Origin: a virus
Lineage: Duplodnaviria > Caudoviricetes
DNA length: 52,630 bases
Direction: 5' to 3' (one strand)
IMG/VR virus record: IMGVR_UViG_3300031111_000529
Location: 1-52,630 of that record
The position numbers and the translations under genes are program-made. The notes under the pieces are model-generated. The model was given only the letters and a program-made list of their open reading frames with translations. It did not search any database and was not told the DNA's origin. Below are positions 10,170 to 18,362 of the stretch, piece after piece (the stretch's first letter is position 1; each line of letters begins with the position of its first letter).

Positions 10170-11866
10170 AGCACGAACGCCTAATCCTTTGCGGCGGCGC
10201 ATCGGCCCCCCGAGGCGTGCGGGCTGAACGGCTTCACCTGGACCTTTGGGGCCGCGACCCGAACGTATTCCTGAAGATTCGCAATATCACCGACGCCGTG
10301 GCCAAGAACCCCCCGCCAGTCCTGCTGGACTTGCTGGACGTGGCCGCCTACCTGTACGCCGGCGATCAATGCGTTCCGCGCGGGGGGACGGCCAGCTTCG
10401 ACTACGGCGACCGATGGGACCGCCGATTGCGCTACGTGATTCCGCTTCGAAGGCCCAAGGTATGGCAACGCGCCAGAGTCAAAGAAGCCCTGGCCGACGT
10501 TCTCGGCTGGATGACCGATGACCAGTTTGAGTTCCGTTTTCCGCAACTGAAGAATCCCCCGAAGCTGCCGAGTTACCTTGAGTTCGACAAGGACACGGCG
10601 AACCCCACGGGCATTGAGGAAGTCTGCATGTTCTCGGGCGGGTTGGATTCGCTGGCGGGCGCGGTCAAAGAAGCCGTGGTGGACGGCCGGAAAGTTGCGC
10701 TGGTTGGCCACTGCCCCGCCCCGCAACTGCACAAGCGGCAGGACCAGCTTCTTGAGGCCCTGGCCGCAAAGTGCAAGCCGGCCAAGCGGCCGTTCTTTGT
10801 CCAAGTATGGGCAAACAAGGCTTCCAGCTTGACCAAAGACACGTCGCAGCGCATCAGGTCCTTCCTGTTCGCTTCGCTGGGCGCGGTGATTGCCGGCATG
10901 ATGAAGCTGAATCGCGTTCGGTTCTACGAGAACGGCCCGGTTTCGCTGAACCTTCCCCTTTGCGAACAGCTTGTTGGGGCGCGGGTCACGCGGACGACGC
11001 ACCCGAAGACGCTAGCCGGGATGAGTAAGCTGCTCAGCCTGTTGCTAGGAACCGACTTCGCGGTGGACAACCCGTTCCTGTGGAAGACGCGAACCGACAC
11101 TGTGCTTGACCTGAAAGCCGCGAAGGCCGAAGACCTGCTCCCCTACACCGTCAGTTGCAGCCATACGCGGGGAATGACAACGGGCTACCCGCATTGCGGT
11201 TGCTGTTCGCAGTGCATAGACAGGCGCTTCGCCGTCTTGGCCGCCGATTGTGGACAACACGACCCCGCCGATTCCTACCAACTGGACGTGCTCACCGACG
11301 GGCGAGACAAGACCGAAGACCGCACCATGCTGGAACGCTACTTGGGCTTCGCGGCCAAGGTCGAAGCCGTTAAGGACGAGAACACCTTCTTCACTGAGTT
11401 CCCCGAAGCCTATCGCACAATCAACGCCATGGACGGGGACCGGCGGGAATCGGCCAAACAGGTCATCGCACTGTGCAAACGACACGGGGAGCAGGTCAAC
11501 GGCGTTGTCGACCGCGCCTTGGCCGATGCGGCTGCAAGTGGAGCATTGCGGCGCGGGGAACTGCCAGGCAATTGTGCGCTCCTGCTGGTGGGAAGCAGGC
11601 ACTCGACCCCCGCGCCTACGACCGAAGCCACTGGGCAGGATAGTGCATCGCCTGCCGAACAGGATACCGACCGCCCACGCTGCGCGCCAATGACACGAAC
11701 CGAGATAGCCCGCCGGCTGCTAAACCGAACAGACGCCCGCGTTCGTCAAGCTGAAGGCATGATGAAGCGCCTTGGCTTGCGGCAGGAAGACGGCAAGTTC
11801 TACACGATCCTGGTTGACCAACTGGATCCTGCGACGAGGACACGCCTTCTGAAGCCAGCTTCTTGA
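10166..11866 (+). CDS. QueC/QatC-like PP-loop ATP pyrophosphatase with C-terminal linker and HTH-like extension
   Basis: FSGGLDS PP-loop; RSFLF, ENG and TRTTHP motifs; Zn cluster SCSH...HCGCCSQCIDRR; QatC-like N-terminal extension (DLLDVAAYLYAGDQ); tail MTRTEIARRLLN... Confidence 0.88.
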   Translation: MKHERLILCGGASAPRGVRAERLHLDLWGRDPNVFLKIRNITDAVAKNPPPVLLDLLDVAAYLYAGDQCVPRGGTASFDYGDRWDRRLRYVIPLRRPKVWQRARVKEALADVLGWMTDDQFEFRFPQLKNPPKLPSYLEFDKDTANPTGIEEVCMFSGGLDSLAGAVKEAVVDGRKVALVGHCPAPQLHKRQDQLLEALAAKCKPAKRPFFVQVWANKASSLTKDTSQRIRSFLFASLGAVIAGMMKLNRVRFYENGPVSLNLPLCEQLVGARVTRTTHPKTLAGMSKLLSLLLGTDFAVDNPFLWKTRTDTVLDLKAAKAEDLLPYTVSCSHTRGMTTGYPHCGCCSQCIDRRFAVLAADCGQHDPADSYQLDVLTDGRDKTEDRTMLERYLGFAAKVEAVKDENTFFTEFPEAYRTINAMDGDRRESAKQVIALCKRHGEQVNGVVDRALADAAASGALRRGELPGNCALLLVGSRHSTPAPTTEATGQDSASPAEQDTDRPRCAPMTRTEIARRLLNRTDARVRQAEGMMKRLGLRQEDGKFYTILVDQLDPATRTRLLKPAS

Positions 11867-11875
11867 CGCAGTTCC

Positions 11876-11946
11876 TTACGGCCATTTCCGACCATTTCCG
11901 ACCATCCCCGCCAGTTACGACCATCCCCGCCACCACCCCATTCCGG
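11876..11946 (+). repeat. Phased ~10-bp direct repeats RCCATYYCCG (putative activator binding sites)
   Basis: GCCATTTCCG/ACCATTTCCG/ACCATCCCCG at 11881/11891/11901, ACCATCCCCG at 11920, CCATTCCG at 11938; followed by -10-like CATACT at 11962. Confidence 0.75.
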
Positions 11947-12038
11947 ACCTTGTCTGCGCACCATACTGTGGACCGTAGGACGCGGCAGGCAACGGACGCC
12001 TACGCGATTTCAACGGCGACGGACATGGAGCAGTGCTT

Positions 12039-12443
12039 ATGCAGCAAGTCAGGAGAAACGCCACCGACGGGCGTAACGTCGGCGGGGAATCGGCCCCCGC
12101 GCAACTGGCCGAAATGCCCAACGTGCAAGGGAAGGCCGACCTCATCCCTGCAGAGGCGCGGCTGGTAGAGATGATGCAGCGGATCAACTACGGCCGCATC
12201 CTGGGGCTATCGGTGCGCCACGGCGAGCCAGTGATGGACCCGCCGCCGCGCATCTTCCATGAGTACAAGTTTCCCGGTGATAACGGGGCGCGCCCCGAAG
12301 CCACCAAGGTCGACTTTGCCCTCAAGGCCCAGGTCCGCGACCTCTTCGCCCAACTGGAGGCGATGGGTAATGGAGTCGTTCGGTCCATCGAGATTCAGCG
12401 CGGTCTTCCGTTTCGGATGACCGTCGAGGAGGAGGCCGCCTAA
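12039..12443 (+). CDS. Small conserved hypothetical protein with two helix-beta-beta half repeats (DUF2292/YezD-like by resemblance)
   Basis: GGAG RBS before ATG 12039; halves LVEMMQRINYGRILGLSVRHGEP and LFAQLEAMGNGVVRSIEIQRGLP resemble each other. Confidence 0.65.
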   Translation: MQQVRRNATDGRNVGGESAPAQLAEMPNVQGKADLIPAEARLVEMMQRINYGRILGLSVRHGEPVMDPPPRIFHEYKFPGDNGARPEATKVDFALKAQVRDLFAQLEAMGNGVVRSIEIQRGLPFRMTVEEEAA

Positions 12444-12494
12444 GCACCGGGGTCCGGCTCCCCACATGACATGTGATCCAAACGAATTGAGTAC

Positions 12495-12629
12495 CTGACA
12501 ACTAACCGGCCACGAAGTGGAGGCGTTGTGGGTGCCGCAGAAGCGGCAGTCCTGCAACGCCTCCCGTTCTATAGGTCGCAGCTTCGGTTGGCACCCACGC
12601 GACGCCTTCCCGGCCAAAGGAAGGCACAA
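12495..12629 (+). promoter_or_regulatory. Structured RNA leader/attenuator of the sigma gene
   Basis: Long hairpin 12519-12564; RBS-sequestering hairpin GCCTTCC/GGAAGGC 12604-12625; alternative pairing of 12519-12536 with 12590-12610. Confidence 0.65.
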
Positions 12630-13226
12630 ATGGACGCCAACAAGAAGCAGCACGGAATCAATGACTATGCAGAGAATCTCATCCACCACAAGGCACGTCA
12701 GCTCGTCGGCACTGCCGGCTTCACCAGGGACGACGTCGAGGATCTGGAGCAGGAGATGAGGCTTGACCTGCTGCAACGCCTGCCGAACTTCGACCCGAGC
12801 AAGGCGACCTACAACACGTTCGTATCACGTCTCATCGAACGGAAAATCAGCAATCTCATCCGCCATCGAACCCAGGAGCTGCGCGACCACCGGTGTGAGG
12901 ACGGGTCGATACATGATCCGATCCCATCCAGCCATGGCGGCGATACTGAGGTCGAGCGCATCGAGACCGTCACTCAGGACGAGCAGGATTTCCGGTTGGG
13001 CAAACACACCCGCAGCGCTGAGGAGCGTCGCGACCTGAAGCTGGACATCTCGCTGGCCTTGGAAAAGCTTCCGGCAGACCTACGGGAACTGGCGGAAATC
13101 CTGCAGGCCATGTCGATCACCGAAGCGGCCTGCGAATTGGGCATCCCGCGCAGCACGCTCTATGAGCGGATCGCCAAGCTGCGCCGGGCATTAGAGGCCA
13201 TGGGTCTAAACGGCCAGTTTCGATGA
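12630..13226 (+). CDS. ECF-like sigma-70 family RNA polymerase sigma factor
   Basis: Region 2 DDVEDLEQE...FDPSKATYNTFVSRLIERKISNLIR; region 4 LEKLP...MSITEAACELGIPRSTLYERIAKLR; GGAAGG RBS before ATG 12630. Confidence 0.9.
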   Translation: MDANKKQHGINDYAENLIHHKARQLVGTAGFTRDDVEDLEQEMRLDLLQRLPNFDPSKATYNTFVSRLIERKISNLIRHRTQELRDHRCEDGSIHDPIPSSHGGDTEVERIETVTQDEQDFRLGKHTRSAEERRDLKLDISLALEKLPADLRELAEILQAMSITEAACELGIPRSTLYERIAKLRRALEAMGLNGQFR

Positions 13227-13229
13227 ATC

Positions 13230-13268
13230 TCCGACGTATTTCCCCTGCGCGGGGTAAGTAACTAATAG
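13230..13268 (+). promoter_or_regulatory. Bipartite motif copy 2 (putative phage-sigma promoter of the replication operon)
   Basis: TCCGACG-tatttcccctgcg-CGGGGTAAGTAACTAATAG, starting just after the sigma stop codon. Confidence 0.8.
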
Positions 13269-13435
13269 GCGACCAGGATCGAACTCAAGGAGACAAGAGT
13301 GATCGATGTGTTGTGAGCATACCACGCCCGGGCGGCTTGCGGCGGGTCCACCACACGCGACGGCCGCTCGCCCGGGCGTTTCCCATGCGACGGAACAGTC
13401 AGATAAACGTGAACACCAAGCATAAGGAAGACGCG

Positions 13436-14224
13436 ATGACATTACTGAAACAGATCCGAAGTGGCCCGCGCCACTCACCACCCCGGTTGCTGCTCTACGG
13501 CACCGAGGGCATCGGCAAGTCCACCACAGCATCGCAGGCTCCCAAGGCAATATTCGTCCCTACCGAGGACGGCCTCGACCAGATCGACTGCGATAGCTTC
13601 CCCCTCGCCAGGCGGTTCGACGAGGTCATGTCGGCCGTCTCGGCGCTGTACTCGGAACAGCACGATTACCAAAGCGTGGTGATCGACAGCCTGGATTGGC
13701 TGGAGCGGCTGATTTGGGACGAAGTCTGCCGTGAGTACGGCGTAAAGAGCATCGAGAAGGCCGACGGCGGATACGCCAAGGGTTACACCCATGCCCTGAC
13801 CCAGTGGAGAGAGGTGCTGGATGGCCTGGATGCGCTCCGCAACGAGCGCGGTATGGCCGTCATCCTGCTGGCCCACGCCAAGGTCGAGAAGTTCGAGGAT
13901 CCCGAGTCGGCCGCTTACGACCGCTATTCTCCCCGCCTGCACAAGCATGCGGCCGCCCTGGTGACGGAGTGGTGCGACGGTGTGCTGTTCGCCACGCGGA
14001 AGTTCCGCACCGAAAGCGAGGACGCAGGCTTCAATCGCACACGCTCCATAGCCGTCCCGCTCGGGGCCGACGGTGGTGAGCGCATCCTCCGCACCATCGG
14101 TGGACCGTCGTGCATCGCCAAGAACCGCTACTCCCTGCCGTCCGAGCTGCCCCTGTCGTGGCAGGCCCTCATGGCGGCAATGACCGAAGCCAACACCGAG
14201 ACCCAGGAGAACACCAATGGCTGA
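13436..14224 (+). CDS. AAA_24 / Sak4-like recombination ATPase
   Basis: LLYGTEGIGKST (Walker A), VVIDSLDWLE (Walker B), AKNRY; AAGGAAG RBS. Confidence 0.88.
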   Translation: MTLLKQIRSGPRHSPPRLLLYGTEGIGKSTTASQAPKAIFVPTEDGLDQIDCDSFPLARRFDEVMSAVSALYSEQHDYQSVVIDSLDWLERLIWDEVCREYGVKSIEKADGGYAKGYTHALTQWREVLDGLDALRNERGMAVILLAHAKVEKFEDPESAAYDRYSPRLHKHAAALVTEWCDGVLFATRKFRTESEDAGFNRTRSIAVPLGADGGERILRTIGGPSCIAKNRYSLPSELPLSWQALMAAMTEANTETQENTNG

Positions 14225-14669
14225 CCTGAACGGATTCAACGCCAACGAAGTCGAACCCAACACCAGCTTCGACCCGCTGCCGGCGGGCAAGTACCTGGCT
14301 GCCATCACCGCCTCGGAGATGAAGGCCACCAAGGCCGGAGATGGCAGCTACCTCGAAATCGAATTCACCGTCCTGGAAGGGCAATACAAGGAGCGCAAGC
14401 TCTGGGATCGTCTCTGCCTGAACCATTCCAACCCGCAGACGGTCAAGATCGCGCGCGGCAACCTGTCGGCGCTCTGCCGGGCGGTCGGTGTGATGCAGCC
14501 GACCGACAGCGTCGAGCTGCACAACCTGCCGCTGGTGATAACCGTCAAGGTCAAGAGGCGCGAGGACACCGGCGAGCTGACCAACGAGGTCAGGGGCTAC
14601 GCGGCCAAGGACACCGCAGCACAGCCCCAAGCGCCCGTGACAGACAGCACACCCCCGTGGAAGCGCTGA
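14217..14669 (+). CDS. DUF669-family ssDNA-binding protein
   Basis: FDPLPAGKY...G.YL.IEF.VLEG...RKLWDRL; C-terminal PPWKR; follows the Sak4-like gene. Confidence 0.85.
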   Translation: MADLNGFNANEVEPNTSFDPLPAGKYLAAITASEMKATKAGDGSYLEIEFTVLEGQYKERKLWDRLCLNHSNPQTVKIARGNLSALCRAVGVMQPTDSVELHNLPLVITVKVKRREDTGELTNEVRGYAAKDTAAQPQAPVTDSTPPWKR

Positions 14670-14679
14670 GGGCACAGCC

Positions 14680-15066
14680 GTGGTGCTGACACTGCCATAC
14701 CCGCCAAGCGTGAATCACTACTGGCGTCGAGTGGGGCCGCGCACGCTGATCAGCCGGGAGGGCCGGACGTTCCGCAGGGATGTCTGTGCCCTCCTGGGCG
14801 GGGGCGGCCCGCGCAGGCCGCCTTCGGGCGGACGGATCGCGCTGGCAATGGGTGCCTTCCCGCCGGATCGCAGGCGACGTGACCTGGACAATATCGCCAA
14901 GGCAGTGCTCGACGCGCTGGAACATGCGGGCGTCTACGCCGACGACAGCCAGATCGATCTACTGCTCACGCGCAGGCGCGAGCCTGTCAAGGGAGGCAGG
15001 CTCGACATTCATATCGATGAGTTCCCGCTGCGCCGCTGCCCGCTTTGCGGAGCGGAGATGAACTGA
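14680..15066 (+). CDS. rusA: RusA-family Holliday junction resolvase
   Basis: LPYPPSVNHYWR; PPDRRRRDLDNIAKAVLDALEHAGVYADDSQI. Confidence 0.92.
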   Translation: MVLTLPYPPSVNHYWRRVGPRTLISREGRTFRRDVCALLGGGGPRRPPSGGRIALAMGAFPPDRRRRDLDNIAKAVLDALEHAGVYADDSQIDLLLTRRREPVKGGRLDIHIDEFPLRRCPLCGAEMN

Positions 15067-15201
15067 ATGCAGAAGCTTTTTCCCACGATCCTGATCGTTC
15101 TGGATATCTGCGCCGCGCTGGCCTACGTGCCCACGGGCGACTGGCGAAGGGTGGTCTACTGGCTGGCAGCCGCGACGCTCACGACGGTGGTGACCTGGTG
15201 A
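15067..15201 (+). CDS. 44-aa two-TM membrane peptide (absent from ORF track)
   Basis: MQKLFPTILIVLDICAALAYVPTGDWRRVVYWLAAATLTTVVTW; abuts the rusA stop and overlaps the helicase GTG start (GTGA). Confidence 0.75.
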   Translation: MQKLFPTILIVLDICAALAYVPTGDWRRVVYWLAAATLTTVVTW

Positions 15202-16892
15202 TCCAGCTGCGCCCATACCAGGTCGAGGCCGTCAGTTCAGTCTATGAGCACCTGCAGCATAGAGATGACCATCCGTGTGTCGTGATCCCGACGGCTGGGG
15301 GTAAGACTCCGGTGATGGCCAGCATATGCCGAGACGCAGTGCAGCGCTGGGACGGGCGCGTGTTGATCCTGGCCCACGTGAAGGAACTGCTGGAGCAGGC
15401 CGTCGAGAAGCTCCACATCATGGCTCCTGATCTGTGGAATCGTATCGGGGTCTACTCGGCCGGCCTTCGCAGTCGCGACACCGACCACCCGATCATCGTC
15501 GCGGGCATCCAGAGCGTCTACCGCAGAGCTGCCCAGCTGGATCGCTTCGATCTCATCTGTATCGACGAGGCCCACATGCTTCCGCCGGACGGCGAGGGGA
15601 TGTATCGCACGTTCATGGCCGAGGCGCAAGTGGTCAACCCGAACGTCCGCCTCATCGGCCTGACTGCCACTCCGTACCGCATGACGACCGGCATGATCTG
15701 CTCACCGGACAATCTCCTTAACCACGTCTGCTACGAAGTGGGCGTCCGCGAGTTGATCGTGCAGGGATACCTGTGCCCGCTGAAGACCAAGGCAGGCAGG
15801 CGGAAGGTGGACACGTCTGGGCTGCACATACGGGGCGGTGAGTTCATCGCCGGCGAGGTAGAGGCGCTGATGGACGACGACTCGCTGGTTCAGTCGGCCT
15901 GTCAGGAGATCGTCGATCACGCGCGTGACAGGCATTCGGTGCTTATCTTCGCGTCCGGCGTCCAGCATGCCCTGCACGTCCAGCGCGTACTGGCCGAGAT
16001 AGGCCAGGAGTGCGGCTTCGTGTGCGGTGAGACGCTTCCCTACAGACGTGCGCAGACGCTGGAGCAGTTCAAGGCAGGCAAGCTGAAGTACTTGGTCAAC
16101 GTTAACGTGCTGACTACCGGGTTCGACGCGCCCAATATCGACTGCGTGGCCCTGCTGAGGCCGACGAACTCGCCGGGCCTGTACTACCAGATGGTAGGTC
16201 GAGGCTTCAGGCTCGACCCGTCGAAGGCAGACTGCCTGATCCTGGACTTCGGCGGCAACATCATGCGACACGGACCGGTCGATGCCCTCCAGATCAAGGA
16301 TCCCGCCAGCAGCGACGGCCAAGCTCCTGCTAAGGAGTGCCCGCAGTGTCAGGCCGTCATCCACGCCGCCTACGCCAATTGTCCGTACTGCGGCTACGAA
16401 TTCCCGCCGCGCCAGCACCGCGAGCACGACCGGCAGGCCACGACTGCCGGCATCCTATCCGGCGAGGTGACCGAGACGGACTGCGAGGTCAGCGAAGTCT
16501 ACTACAGCGTGCACGTCAAGCGCGATGCTCCGGAGGACCACCCGCACAGCATGCGCGTCGATTATCGTTGCGGCTTCAACGAGTACCACAGCGAGTGGGT
16601 CTGCTTCGAACACACCGGCTACGCCAGGGCGAAGGCCGAGGCGTGGTGGCGCGCCCGATCCAACGAGCCGGTCCCCAGTACCGTCGAGGAGGCGGTGGAT
16701 ATCTGTGAGGAAGGCGGGATAGCGCCGACGCTGGCCATCACGGTGCGTTCAGTGTCGGGCGAGAAGTTCGACCGGATTACAAACTACCAGCTCGGGCCCA
16801 TCCCGCCGCGCTTGGACGGCAGCGACGAGCGTGACGAGGGCGGTCTACCCATACACGACTGGCCGCCCGATGACTGCGAGGTGCCGTTCTAG
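15198..16892 (+). CDS. SF2 DEAD/DEAH helicase (RadD/YejH-like) with Zn finger
   Basis: LRPYQ, PTAGGKT, IDEAH, TATP, LTTGFDAP, QMVGRG; CPQC...CPYC. Confidence 0.93.
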   Translation: MIQLRPYQVEAVSSVYEHLQHRDDHPCVVIPTAGGKTPVMASICRDAVQRWDGRVLILAHVKELLEQAVEKLHIMAPDLWNRIGVYSAGLRSRDTDHPIIVAGIQSVYRRAAQLDRFDLICIDEAHMLPPDGEGMYRTFMAEAQVVNPNVRLIGLTATPYRMTTGMICSPDNLLNHVCYEVGVRELIVQGYLCPLKTKAGRRKVDTSGLHIRGGEFIAGEVEALMDDDSLVQSACQEIVDHARDRHSVLIFASGVQHALHVQRVLAEIGQECGFVCGETLPYRRAQTLEQFKAGKLKYLVNVNVLTTGFDAPNIDCVALLRPTNSPGLYYQMVGRGFRLDPSKADCLILDFGGNIMRHGPVDALQIKDPASSDGQAPAKECPQCQAVIHAAYANCPYCGYEFPPRQHREHDRQATTAGILSGEVTETDCEVSEVYYSVHVKRDAPEDHPHSMRVDYRCGFNEYHSEWVCFEHTGYARAKAEAWWRARSNEPVPSTVEEAVDICEEGGIAPTLAITVRSVSGEKFDRITNYQLGPIPPRLDGSDERDEGGLPIHDWPPDDCEVPF

Positions 16893-17827
16893 AGATGTTC
16901 TATCTGACCGAAGTCAAGATACCGTTGTTGGAAGCGTTCCAGGTGGCGGGCCAACGCGCTGCCTTGACAGGAACGGCCGCGTTCTATGACCTGTTCCAGC
17001 GTGAGCAGTCTGATCCGGTCCTTGAAGGCCGGCACAAGTCGATCTGTCAGTTGGCTCACCAGCTCAGGGGACTCGGTGTCCTGCTCGGGCGCCAGGACGT
17101 AGTTGATGGCGCTGGTCAGCGCGTGCTTCTTTGCATATGCAAGCGTGAGGAGCAGGTTGCGTGCGATCTGGTCGAAGCCATTCTGCCGGTACCAGCCAAG
17201 CCCTTCGTCGGTGAACATCTCCAGTTTCAGAGCGAGGGCGAACTTCTTGTCCTGTTTCGTTGCCGCGTTGCCGCCAAGCTTATCTGTGTACTTGGTCTCT
17301 ATGCTGACCAGGCCGGGCCGGCCCTGCGGATCGGCGAAGAAGATTGCCGCGTCGAAGGCCGTCTTGTCGTCTATGTAGTCTTCAATGGGCGTGGGGATCA
17401 TCTCCACGATGACATCCTGGACCTTTGCGATGGGCGACAAGGGGAACATTGCCGCGAGCACAGATGTGGCATCAGGATGGCTATCGCGGACGGCCGCCCG
17501 AAAGTCAGCGAACAGATTGAAACACATGGGCATGCTGGAGAGCATGTTGTTGAAGAGGCGGAATTCATCGATGGTCAGGGCTGGGTTGTCCTCCTTGTCA
17601 GAGACGCGCTTTTTGGCGTATGCGAAGGCTTGGGGACTGATGAAGTTAGCACCAGTCAGATGTCCGTCGACCAATGCGCTACCTACAGGCCGAGCGCCCT
17701 TGCGCCAGGGGCCGCATGCCGATATCCCCAAGACCTCGACGCGATACCAGCTCTGCAGAAGACGGCATTGGCGTGTGAATGTGTTCTTGTCGTTGGGAAG
17801 CGGACCGTATCTATCATCGATGACCAT
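16889..17827 (-). CDS. PD-(D/E)xK putative restriction endonuclease (PGN_0703-like), antisense moron
   Basis: NMLSSMPMCFNLF; D.TAFDA...SIETKYT; F.QIARN.LL. Confidence 0.75.
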   Translation of the reverse strand: MVIDDRYGPLPNDKNTFTRQCRLLQSWYRVEVLGISACGPWRKGARPVGSALVDGHLTGANFISPQAFAYAKKRVSDKEDNPALTIDEFRLFNNMLSSMPMCFNLFADFRAAVRDSHPDATSVLAAMFPLSPIAKVQDVIVEMIPTPIEDYIDDKTAFDAAIFFADPQGRPGLVSIETKYTDKLGGNAATKQDKKFALALKLEMFTDEGLGWYRQNGFDQIARNLLLTLAYAKKHALTSAINYVLAPEQDTESPELVSQLTDRLVPAFKDRIRLLTLEQVIERGRSCQGSALARHLERFQQRYLDFGQIEHL

Positions 17828-17918
17828 GGTCCAGCCATTAGAGTTACGTGCGGCACACGGTGCAAGTACGTCCCCGTCAGGGAGCTACCCAACTGTGCCA
17901 GACGTGCCGTCTTGATGC

Positions 17919-18362
17919 CTATCTGTACTGTATCTTCTGAGCCTCGAGGAGTCGCCGCCGAGTCTCGGGAGTTATCTCAACAACAACTACTTCGATTCCG
18001 AATTCCCGCGCGAAGCTTCCTTGCCAAGAGTTCTTCAGGAATCCGACGGCCTCCTCGTCGCAGACGGCCAGTATCTTCCGACACGGCTTTCGCAAGACCT
18101 TCTCGACCAGGAGCAGCTTGCACATGTCCATCATCAGCTTTCTGCGCTGACCGGACTTCGCTGGGCCCTGGTGCGCGAAGGCCTCCACGCAAACGGGTGT
18201 TGGGCCGTCCTGGAATCCATCCAGCTGAACACGGGAATCGATGTCCAGATCGTCGTCGAGACGGGCACCGATCTGCTGCTCCAGCTGCTCAAGTATCCCT
18301 AGCTCAGCAGAGCGCTGGGCGGAACTGTCGCTGGGATGTGATTGCGATGGAGTCTTGCCCAT
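17919..18362 (-). CDS. Small restriction-endonuclease-fold hypothetical protein, antisense moron
   Basis: SDSSAQRSAE...QLDG...VEAFAHQG...GQRRKLMMDMCKL: D...ExxA variant of the PD-(D/E)xK pattern; start uncertain. Confidence 0.55.
   Translation of the reverse strand: MGKTPSQSHPSDSSAQRSAELGILEQLEQQIGARLDDDLDIDSRVQLDGFQDGPTPVCVEAFAHQGPAKSGQRRKLMMDMCKLLLVEKVLRKPCRKILAVCDEEAVGFLKNSWQGSFAREFGIEVVVVEITPETRRRLLEAQKIQYR

Noticed and set aside
10166-11866. Queuosine biosynthesis or dpd DNA-modification cluster
   Set aside because: No folE, queD, queE or dpdA/tgt nearby; size and motifs fit the defence-type QatC-like clade better.
11876-11946. Possible CRISPR array (also considered 18988-19107 and 20730-21000)
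   Set aside because: Units are 6-30 bp without unique spacers, and no cas genes are present.
15045-15197. N-terminal extension of the helicase in the ORF track
   Set aside because: Occupied by the end of rusA and the 44-aa TM gene; the GTG at 15198 directly precedes the LRPYQ motif.
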